From Candidatus Micrarchaeia archaeon (GTDB taxonomy: Archaea > Micrarchaeota > Micrarchaeia > Burarchaeales > JACRGF01), in NCBI GenBank assembly GCA_038870455.1, contig JAWCPB010000007.1:1-36714 (forward strand): a stretch of 36,714 nucleotides of DNA. Direction: 5' to 3'. The stretch's first letter is position 1; each line of letters begins with the position of its first letter. Below, piece by piece: positions 26,518 to 33,867 of the stretch. Both the position numbers and the translations under genes were made by a program. Below the pieces are notes generated by a model. That model did not search any database, was not told the origin of the DNA, and saw only the letters and a program-made list of their open reading frames with translations.

Positions 26518-26998
26518 AGGACAGGCTTTTTCGCTTGACCTCATGATCGGCGCTGGCGCGCTGCTCATCCTGCTTGCAGCGTATTTCCTTTCCCTTTCCG
26601 ACATCACCATGCGCACCAATGCCTTTGAGGCAACGCGCGCCGCGCGGCTGCACGCGCTTGAGGCCTCTGCCGCGCTGCTCGCTCCAGGAGAGAGCGCGGC
26701 CTGGCACGCCCTGCCACAGGCCAACCTCTCGGCAGTGCGCGCGCTGGGGCTCGCCGGCCAGCCGGGCGTTCTGGAGCCCGCCAAGCTCAACCGCCTGCAG
26801 GGAATGGACTACAACGAGAGCAAGGCGCTGCTGGGACTCGAGGGCTTGGACTGGCGGCTCTCAATCTTCTCGCCGAACGGCACGCTCCTGTATTCAGCGG
26901 GCTCCTCTCCCGCGCCAGAAATCCAGTCCATTGTTGTCGAGCGCGTTACCGTGCTCAACGCCTCGCCCGCAAAGCTCAAGCTGGAGGTGTGGCGATGA
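26504..26998 (+). CDS. Minor pilin-like protein, locus B
   Basis: ARG^QAFSLDLMIGAGALLILL; PGE..W..LGLA..YNESKALLG; C-terminal KLEVWR. TTG start at 26504 or 26510. Confidence 0.8.
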   Translation: MSLARGQAFSLDLMIGAGALLILLAAYFLSLSDITMRTNAFEATRAARLHALEASAALLAPGESAAWHALPQANLSAVRALGLAGQPGVLEPAKLNRLQGMDYNESKALLGLEGLDWRLSIFSPNGTLLYSAGSSPAPEIQSIVVERVTVLNASPAKLKLEVWR

Positions 26999-27405
26999 AG
27001 GGCTTTTTCATCTCGCTCGATGCGGTGCTCGCCGTCCTGCTGGCTTTCCTTCTTCTCGCCACCTCGCTGCTCGTCGCTGGCGACATAAAGAGCGTGGCGG
27101 CGGAGGAGGTGCAGTTGAAGAGGGTGAGCGAGGACATTCTTGCAGTGCTCGAGAAGAGCGGAAGGCTCGCGCTCACCCCGGAGGCCGGCGGGGCAAGCGA
27201 GGTGACGGAGGTTTTCCTAGCCGCGCCGGACAGCGCGTGCTTCAGGCTGCGCGTGCTGAGGGCAAGCGACCTGAAAATCCGTAGGGTGATTGTCAGGCCG
27301 GGGTGCGGAAACCCTGAAGAGTTCCATCAGGTGACAAAAAGGTCCTTTGTCTTTGACAGGGGGTTTTACATCGCTGAGCTGACTTCGTGGAGGCGGCGGG
27401 CTTGA
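26995..27405 (+). CDS. Minor pilin-like protein, locus B
   Basis: MKG^FFISLDAVLAVLLAFLLL; SEDILAVLEKSG; GGAGGTG SD sequence and ATGA overlap. Confidence 0.8.
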   Translation: MKGFFISLDAVLAVLLAFLLLATSLLVAGDIKSVAAEEVQLKRVSEDILAVLEKSGRLALTPEAGGASEVTEVFLAAPDSACFRLRVLRASDLKIRRVIVRPGCGNPEEFHQVTKRSFVFDRGFYIAELTSWRRRA

Positions 27406-28259
27406 GGGGCTTCGTCATATCCATCTCGATTCTGTTGCTCTTCTCCGTCATACTCTCGTTCGTGCTCTTCCTATATCACGAGAACGCGAGGGCCGAGGCC
27501 AAGCTCGCGCGCGCGCACAGCATCCCATCCCCAGCCTATTTCTTTGACGATGTCGCCACAGACCTTTCCTCCCTCCTCAGCCACAACATCACCGCGCTCA
27601 GGGACAACACCACATTACGCATTCGCATTCAGGGCTCTTTTGCAAACCCCCCGAGCGCGGCCAACTTCACGGCATACTCCTCCCTCCTCTCCTCCGGTTA
27701 CTCGAACCTCACCAACTCCAACCTCAGCCTGGACGCGGCCGGCCTGGCTGACGGCACGGGCGAGGCGGCCTTCTCGAACGGCCTGCTGTTCAGCTACGCC
27801 TACACGGGCGCGTCCAAGAGCGCCTTCCTCTCCTCTTCCGCAAACGACACCGGCGCGTCGGCTTACGAGATTAACGTGAGCGTGGACAGGAACAGGCAGA
27901 GCTACAACCCATGGAGCTCCTCGCCCGGAGGCGACTTGAACGTCACCCTCCGCATCATGGACAGGAGCGGAAACCTCACGAGCATCGTCAGCCTCAACCG
28001 CAGCGCGGTCAATGCATACACCGTCGCCTACCAGGGAGGCTCGCTCATCATAAGGGCGGGCAAAATAGGCGCGGCGAACGGCGCGCTCGAGGTGAACCCC
28101 AGCGGGAACATAGTCGATTACACTTACTATACCTCAGTCGCCTCGCTGCCGCCGGGCAACCTCTCAGCCTCCATGCGCTATTACTGGAACGCGTGGCTGA
28201 ATTACTCGCGGCCCGGGAACGTCTCGCGCAGCGACTGGGTTGAGATTGGCAGAGCGTGA
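27402..28259 (+). CDS. Large minor pilin-like protein lacking Glu+5, locus B
   Basis: TTG start (TTGA overlap, GGAGG SD), MRG^FVISISILLLFSVILSFVLFL; YFFDDVATDL matches FVFEDVREDF of 18983-19930. Confidence 0.75.
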   Translation: MRGFVISISILLLFSVILSFVLFLYHENARAEAKLARAHSIPSPAYFFDDVATDLSSLLSHNITALRDNTTLRIRIQGSFANPPSAANFTAYSSLLSSGYSNLTNSNLSLDAAGLADGTGEAAFSNGLLFSYAYTGASKSAFLSSSANDTGASAYEINVSVDRNRQSYNPWSSSPGGDLNVTLRIMDRSGNLTSIVSLNRSAVNAYTVAYQGGSLIIRAGKIGAANGALEVNPSGNIVDYTYYTSVASLPPGNLSASMRYYWNAWLNYSRPGNVSRSDWVEIGRA

Positions 28260-28273
28260 GCGAAGCGAGACGC

Positions 28274-28290
28274 GGGAAAGTGTTTTTAAG
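28274..28290 (+). promoter_or_regulatory. Internal promoter (BRE/TATA) for the ATPase-platform genes of locus B
   Basis: GGGAAAGTGTTTTTAAG ends 22 nt before ATG 28312 and shares AAGTGTTTTT(T)AAG with the locus A promoter arm. Confidence 0.55.
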
Positions 28291-28311
28291 GGAGAATGAA
28301 AAGGGTTTCCG

Positions 28312-30045
28312 ATGGCAGTCATCCTGACGAAAATCGACCGCATGATGGAGATTCTGGAAAAAGAGAAGCGCGCGAGCTTCGACTCCCTCGCCCGCCGCCT
28401 CGAGTGGAGCGTGGATGTGGTCGAGAGGGTTGCGAAAGTGCTCGAGGGGCACGGCGTGCTTGAGATAAGCTACCCCATCAATGTCATCCAAAAGCCTTCG
28501 CTGGCCCTCAGGAAGCCCGTTCCTGCCCCGCAGCCTCTTCCGGAGCTCACCGAGAGGGAGCTCGAGAGCTACGAGATTTCAGCGGACGGCGTGCCCGCGA
28601 CCGTGAGGGTGTTCTACAGCGAGGGCGAAAAGCACGCGGCCTACCGCCTCGAGCTGCCGCAGCTCGGCCAATACACGCAGCTCTACTTGGACTACCTCAA
28701 GGACGCCATAGCCAAGGAAGTTCCCGTCGAGGCCCAGCAGATCACGGACCTGGAGAGGGCGAAGGCAACGCGCGACAAGTTCCTGACAGTGGCGGGCGCC
28801 AAGCTCGAGCCCCTCGGGGCCGAGGGCGCCGATGTGCTGCGCGGCGTGCTGCTGCACGAGATGTACGGCCTCGGCGACATCGAAGTCATCATGGCAGACG
28901 ACTGGGTAGAGGAGGTCGCCATAAACAACGCGCGCACGCCCATTGCCGTTTATCACCGCAAGTACGGCTGGATGAAGTCCAACATTTTTCCAGTCAGCGA
29001 GGAGGACATCGCCAACTACAGCGCCCAGATAGGGCGGAAGGTGGGCAGGCAGATTTCCTCGCTCGACCCCATCCTCAACGCGCACCTGCTGTCCGGCGAC
29101 CGCGTTGCCGCAACGCTGTTTCCCATCTCAACCCAGGGCAACACGATTACGATACGCAGGTTCGCGCGCAACCCCTGGACGGTCACGAACTTCATCTCGC
29201 CCGAGCTGCACACGATGAGCGTGGAAATGGCCGCCCTCCTGTGGCAGGCCATCCACTACGAGATGTCGATCATCATCGCCGGAGGCACCGCGAGCGGCAA
29301 GACGAGCACGTTGAACAGCCTGTGCGCGCTCATCCCGCCCTTCCAGCGCGTCATCACCATTGAAGACACGCGCGAGCTCCAGCTGCCTGCCTTCGAGTGG
29401 AACTGGATTCCCATGGTCACGCGCCTTCCCAACCCAGAGGGCTTGGGCGAGGTGAAGATGCTCGACCTCATGGTGAGCAGCCTGCGCATGAGGCCGGACC
29501 GCATCGTGCTCGGAGAGATAAGGCGGCGGGAGGAGGCGGAGGTGCTTTTCGAGGCCATGCACACGGGCCACTCCGTGTATTCCACCATTCACGCGGACAC
29601 GGGCACGCAGGTCATCCGCCGCCTCACCGAGCCCCCCATCGAAATTCCGACTCTTGAGGTGGAGGCGCTCAACCTTCTCGTCATCCAGTACAGGGACAGG
29701 CGCAAGAACATCCGCAAGACGCTCGAGATATGCGAGATAGCGCCCGGCGCGGAGGAGCGCGGGCTGGCGCTGCACCGCCTTTTCGCCTGGCGCGCGCGCC
29801 GCGATGACTTCGAGAAGGTCAAGGAGCCGCACCGCCTTTACGAGGAGCTCAACCTGCACACGGGAATGACGCAGGCCGAAATCATCGAGGACCAGGAGGC
29901 GAGAGCGGCCATACTCAAGTGGATGCTGGCAAATAAGCTTGAGAACATAAACGACGTGGGCGCTGTCATGCGCGCTTACTACGCAGATCCGGCGGCCATC
30001 CTCAAGGCTGCGGAGGCCGGCACCCCTCCCTCCAAGGTGCTGTGA
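28312..30045 (+). CDS. Type II/IV secretion pilus assembly ATPase with a fused N-terminal winged-helix-like domain, locus B
   Basis: GGTASGKT, TIEDTREL, LRMRPDRIVLGEIR, MHTGH..STIHA; about 80 extra N-terminal residues relative to the locus A ATPase. Confidence 0.95.
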   Translation: MAVILTKIDRMMEILEKEKRASFDSLARRLEWSVDVVERVAKVLEGHGVLEISYPINVIQKPSLALRKPVPAPQPLPELTERELESYEISADGVPATVRVFYSEGEKHAAYRLELPQLGQYTQLYLDYLKDAIAKEVPVEAQQITDLERAKATRDKFLTVAGAKLEPLGAEGADVLRGVLLHEMYGLGDIEVIMADDWVEEVAINNARTPIAVYHRKYGWMKSNIFPVSEEDIANYSAQIGRKVGRQISSLDPILNAHLLSGDRVAATLFPISTQGNTITIRRFARNPWTVTNFISPELHTMSVEMAALLWQAIHYEMSIIIAGGTASGKTSTLNSLCALIPPFQRVITIEDTRELQLPAFEWNWIPMVTRLPNPEGLGEVKMLDLMVSSLRMRPDRIVLGEIRRREEAEVLFEAMHTGHSVYSTIHADTGTQVIRRLTEPPIEIPTLEVEALNLLVIQYRDRRKNIRKTLEICEIAPGAEERGLALHRLFAWRARRDDFEKVKEPHRLYEELNLHTGMTQAEIIEDQEARAAILKWMLANKLENINDVGAVMRAYYADPAAILKAAEAGTPPSKVL

Positions 30046-30084
30046 GGCGCCTCCAGAGTTTGAGGTTTTGTGTTGAGGTGAAGC

Positions 30085-30975
30085 ATGCGCATTCCGTTCA
30101 TGCTGATTTCGGTTGAGACCGGCGAGAGGCTCTCCAGGCGTTTTGTGGGAATTGGAAAGAAGCTTCTCGGAATTTTCCCTGGCGTGCGCTACGACCTGCG
30201 CAATGCGGGCCTGGCCATTGAGCCCGAGAAGTACTGCGTGACCGCGCTGTTCTCCGCAATCGGCTGGGGCGTTCTATTCCTCCTCATCGGGTTCGCCGCC
30301 ACCTACGTCAGGACAGAGGGCGAGCTGGGCGCAGCAGGCGCGGCCGGCGGAGGCCTGTTTCTCTCCTTCACAGCCATCTTCTTCCTACTTCACGTCTTCT
30401 ATCCGGGCATCCTGGCGCGCAAGATCGCCGAGAGCATTGACAAGGACCTGCTGTTCGCGCTCAAGGACATGCTCATCCAGGTCAGGAGCGGCATTTCGCT
30501 GTACAACGCCATGCAGAACATCGCGGCCAGCGACTACGGCCACATCTCGAAAGAGTTCCAGACAGCGGTGCGGCAGATAAGCGCGGGCGAGAGCGAGAGG
30601 AGCGCGCTCGAGAAAATCGCGCTGCGCACGCAGAGCGAGTACTTCAAGCGCAGCATATGGCAGCTCATCACCGCCATGCAGTCGGGGGCGAGCGTGGAGG
30701 GAGCGCTCCGCTCCATCCTCGACATTCTCGTGGCGCGCCAGCGCCAGGCCATCCGCGGCTACTCGTCCGACCTGAACTTCCTCATCCTCATCTACCTGCT
30801 TTTCGCAGCGGTCATCCCGAGCATTGGGGTGACCATGCTCGCGCTGCTCAGCGCCTTCTCCTCTGTCAACATAACGCCAGGGCTTTTCGCGGGCGTGGCC
30901 GTCGTTTCCTTCGTCGTCCAGATATCGCTCATCGGCGCGATAAACTCCTCGAGGCCGGAGGTGTATTCGAGTTGA
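30085..30975 (+). CDS. TadB/TadC-like (T2SSF domain) platform protein, locus B
   Basis: MRIPF start after GAGGTGA; IDKDLLFALKDMLIQVRSGISLYNAM..YGHISKEF; paralogue of 15833-16705. Confidence 0.9.
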   Translation: MRIPFMLISVETGERLSRRFVGIGKKLLGIFPGVRYDLRNAGLAIEPEKYCVTALFSAIGWGVLFLLIGFAATYVRTEGELGAAGAAGGGLFLSFTAIFFLLHVFYPGILARKIAESIDKDLLFALKDMLIQVRSGISLYNAMQNIAASDYGHISKEFQTAVRQISAGESERSALEKIALRTQSEYFKRSIWQLITAMQSGASVEGALRSILDILVARQRQAIRGYSSDLNFLILIYLLFAAVIPSIGVTMLALLSAFSSVNITPGLFAGVAVVSFVVQISLIGAINSSRPEVYSS

Positions 30976-32405
30976 AGAAAAAAACCCTGAGAAAACCCGC
31001 GCCGGCAAAGACGGAGGAAAAAAAGACCGTGCCAAAGGCTCTGCCAGAAGCTGAAGCGCCTGAGGCAGGAGAAATCCCTCTCGCGCGGCCGGAAATGGCA
31101 CCCGCTCCTGTTGCAAAGCGCGAGGGGCTTCTCGCGCGCTTGGGGAAAAGAATTTTCGGGACTCCGCGTCCAAGGCCGCCTGCAAAACCAGCGCCTTCGC
31201 TCGAGGCCGCGAAGCCCGCGGTTGAAGCCAAGCCGGCGGTTGCACCGGCAAGACCTCCTGCGGAAAAGGCGAGGCCGGCCGCGGCTGAAGCAATGCCCAC
31301 TCCGGAAAAGCCCGCGAAAATCCCTGCTCCGGCAAAGCGTGAGGGAATTGCCGCGGGCCTGCGCAGGCGAGTGTTCAACACCTACAAGGGAGTGGCGCGC
31401 TTCGTCAAGGCCGGCTACCAGCAGAGGGTGCAGGCGTGGCTCGACTACGCCGGCATCACGACCGAAGTCGATGTGTGGCTGGGCTCGCGCCTGCTCATCG
31501 CCTTCCTTTTCGGCGTTTTCGCCTTCCTCCTTCCCTGGACTCTCGGCGTGTATCTGGGCGTGGTGGTCATCGCCACGCTCAGCGAGTACGTCCGGACGCT
31601 CGCCCTGTCGCTGGCTCTCGGCGGAGCCACCTTCGCTCTCATCCTGTTCCTCTACTATCTGCACCTCTACTACATCATTGACGACCGCACCAAGAGGGTC
31701 GAGCGCGCGCTGCCGGACTTCCTGCTCATGGTGGCTGCAAACATGCGCGCTGGCATGACGCCCTTCACGGCCTTCCACGTTTCTGCGAGGCCTGAGTTCG
31801 GCCCGCTCGAGGACGTCATAAAGATCGTTGCGGCAAAGGCCATGGGAACAGAGAGCCTGACGGCTGCATTCGCCGAAATCCCGCGTTATGTCCGGTCCGA
31901 CCTGCTGAAGAAGACCGTCTCCTTCTTTGAGAAGGGCATGCGCAGCGGCGGGCACCTCGCGCGCATTCTCGAGAGCAGCGCTGAGGAAATCCGCGAGACG
32001 CAGGAGCTGCGGAACGAGCTCATCGTCAGCACCAAGACCTACACGATTTTCCTCATCTTCGTCGTCGTTATCGGCATTCCCCTGCTTTTCGCCATTTCCT
32101 CGCAGTTCCTCGGCACCTTCTCCAAGATACAGGAGCAGCAGAGGGGCGCGGCCTTCGCCGGCGAGGTGGGGGTGGCCTTCTTCACTGGCGCCCTGACGCT
32201 CACGCCCGAGTTCGTCACCCAGGCCTCCTACATCCTGCTCGTCATAACCGCTTTTCTCGTCAGCATCCTCATCGGCGTGATAGGCGAGGGAAAGCTGCTC
32301 TATGGAGTGAAGTACTTCATTCCAATCGCGCTCGGCTCGGTGGTCACGTTCATCTTCATACGCAACGCCATAGCCAGCGTGCTCGGAGTCATCGGCGGGC
32401 TCTAG
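30972..32405 (+). CDS. TadC/PilC-like (T2SSF domain) platform protein with a Pro/Ala/Lys-rich N-terminal extension, locus B
   Basis: TTG start (TTGA overlap, GGAGGTG SD); RTKRVERALPDFLLMVAANMRAGMT..PEFGPLE; YGVKY; paralogue of 14806-15831. Confidence 0.9.
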   Translation: MKKKTLRKPAPAKTEEKKTVPKALPEAEAPEAGEIPLARPEMAPAPVAKREGLLARLGKRIFGTPRPRPPAKPAPSLEAAKPAVEAKPAVAPARPPAEKARPAAAEAMPTPEKPAKIPAPAKREGIAAGLRRRVFNTYKGVARFVKAGYQQRVQAWLDYAGITTEVDVWLGSRLLIAFLFGVFAFLLPWTLGVYLGVVVIATLSEYVRTLALSLALGGATFALILFLYYLHLYYIIDDRTKRVERALPDFLLMVAANMRAGMTPFTAFHVSARPEFGPLEDVIKIVAAKAMGTESLTAAFAEIPRYVRSDLLKKTVSFFEKGMRSGGHLARILESSAEEIRETQELRNELIVSTKTYTIFLIFVVVIGIPLLFAISSQFLGTFSKIQEQQRGAAFAGEVGVAFFTGALTLTPEFVTQASYILLVITAFLVSILIGVIGEGKLLYGVKYFIPIALGSVVTFIFIRNAIASVLGVIGGL

Positions 32406-33858
32406 CCCTGACCACGCGCATGTAATAAATCGTCAGCGCGGCGGTGAGCACGAGCACGACCGCCAGCGCCTTGAGCGCTGCGTCCCTCGCCCGCGCGGCC
32501 TCCTCCCTCCGCGCGACCTCCTTCTCCAGCGCATTCAGCTCGGACTCCAGCTCGACCACCAGTCCACTCAGCGCGGCCAGCGCGCTCTCGTTCAATGGGG
32601 CGGAAAGCGTTGAGTTCGCGGAAACGAGTTCGGCTTCTGTTCCGCTCGCGTCAACCCCAAAATCCTCCGCGCGCCCTTTTAACGATGAGAATCTTCCATA
32701 TAGCACTCCGATTTTTTTTGCGACTGCACTTTTTTGCTCGAGCAGACCCAAGAGGTTTTCCCTCAGCTCTTGGCCGGCGCGCTCGAACGCCGCGATGGCA
32801 TCCGCCGCGCCGTAGAACTCGCTCTCGCCGCATTTTTTCCCCGCGGCGCCCGCCGCACTTCTCGCGGCGGCGAGCTTTTCGGCGGTTCCCTCCCACACAA
32901 CTTCCCTTGAAGCGCTTGCAGCCTCTGCCTCCAGCTCTGTGATCGCGGCCTCCACTCTCTCCGAGAAGTTGGCGCACGCGCGCGCCTGTGCTCGCTCGAA
33001 CGCGATGCGCGCGCGCTCCCGCCCCTCGGCCGATGTCTCGCGCGAGGCGTTGGCCAGCGCGGCAAGCGGGGCAAGCCGTGCGGTGAAGTTCTCGGCCGCC
33101 CTCTTTGCGGCCAGCAGGCTCGACCAATCAAACTGAATGGGATCGCAGAAGGAATAGACGTACTCATCGAATATAGGGTTTGCCGCAATCTCGCCGGCGC
33201 TCGCGCCCATCCCGCGAACGAGCGCGATGGCTTCGGGCAGCGCCGCCTCCAACTCCTCCACCCTCGCCAGCGTTGCCTCCCTCGCTGTCGGCACATCCGG
33301 CGCGCTCGCGAGAGGGTCGAACAGCCTGAAGAAAGCGCTGGCGTTTGCGTCCAGCGCCTCAGTCGCGTTCTTCCACCTCGACAGGTTCTCGACGAAAGGC
33401 CAGCCGAAGCCGAGCGCGAGCGGCTTGCACAGGGGCGTGTAGCACGCCTTGAAGCAGCTTTCCCTGTCGAAGCACGGAAACTTGTCCAGGCCAGACTCCC
33501 TCATGCACTTGCTTTCCATCGGCTCGCGCGAGGCGTTGAAGGCCAGCACGAGCGCACGCACGCTGGCCAGCTCACTTTTTCTTGGAAAGGCTCCCTCCAG
33601 CTTTGCCCCGAAAAACTCCTGGTAGGCGACCAGAAGTGGGAAGATTTTTTCCGGCTCGGCCAACACGCTGTACCCCCCTTCCTTTTCCTCGACCAGCACG
33701 AGCCTTCCGCCTATCCCAACGAAATAAACTCCGCTGGCGTCGGGCAGCTCAACGATGGAAAAGGATTCGTTCTCAAGCCTGAAGTCGAACACGAACTCCT
33801 GTACGCCCCGCGCTTGGGCGGCTGCGGCGATGAGAAGAACGAGCGCCAGAAAACGCAT
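32389..33858 (-). CDS. Hypothetical secreted, C-terminally membrane-anchored protein with a Cys cluster and coiled-coil stalk
   Basis: Signal peptide MRFLALVLLIAAAAQA; CMRESGLDKFPCFDRESCFKACYTPLC; long helical region; TM segment ALAVVLVLTAALTIYY followed by a basic tail. Confidence 0.75.
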   Translation of the reverse strand: MRFLALVLLIAAAAQARGVQEFVFDFRLENESFSIVELPDASGVYFVGIGGRLVLVEEKEGGYSVLAEPEKIFPLLVAYQEFFGAKLEGAFPRKSELASVRALVLAFNASREPMESKCMRESGLDKFPCFDRESCFKACYTPLCKPLALGFGWPFVENLSRWKNATEALDANASAFFRLFDPLASAPDVPTAREATLARVEELEAALPEAIALVRGMGASAGEIAANPIFDEYVYSFCDPIQFDWSSLLAAKRAAENFTARLAPLAALANASRETSAEGRERARIAFERAQARACANFSERVEAAITELEAEAASASREVVWEGTAEKLAAARSAAGAAGKKCGESEFYGAADAIAAFERAGQELRENLLGLLEQKSAVAKKIGVLYGRFSSLKGRAEDFGVDASGTEAELVSANSTLSAPLNESALAALSGLVVELESELNALEKEVARREEAARARDAALKALAVVLVLTAALTIYYMRVVRARARR

Positions 33859-33867
33859 TTCCTTCCC

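Noticed and set aside
28254-28273. Small GCGT-GA-GCGAAGC-GAG-ACGC hairpin after the last locus B pilin
   Set aside because: Short GC stem, single copy in the window and no U-tract; it could arise by chance at this GC content.
12449-32405. Pilus loci as an integrated mobile or conjugative element at the tRNA
   Set aside because: No integrase, relaxase, VirB4/VirD4 or transposase was seen, and no duplicated tRNA 3' end was noticed (visual scan only). Housekeeping genes are interleaved.
14344-32405. Archaellum (arl/fla) operon
   Set aside because: No archaellin-type N-termini or ArlF/G were recognised, and each locus has two separate platform genes rather than one ArlJ.
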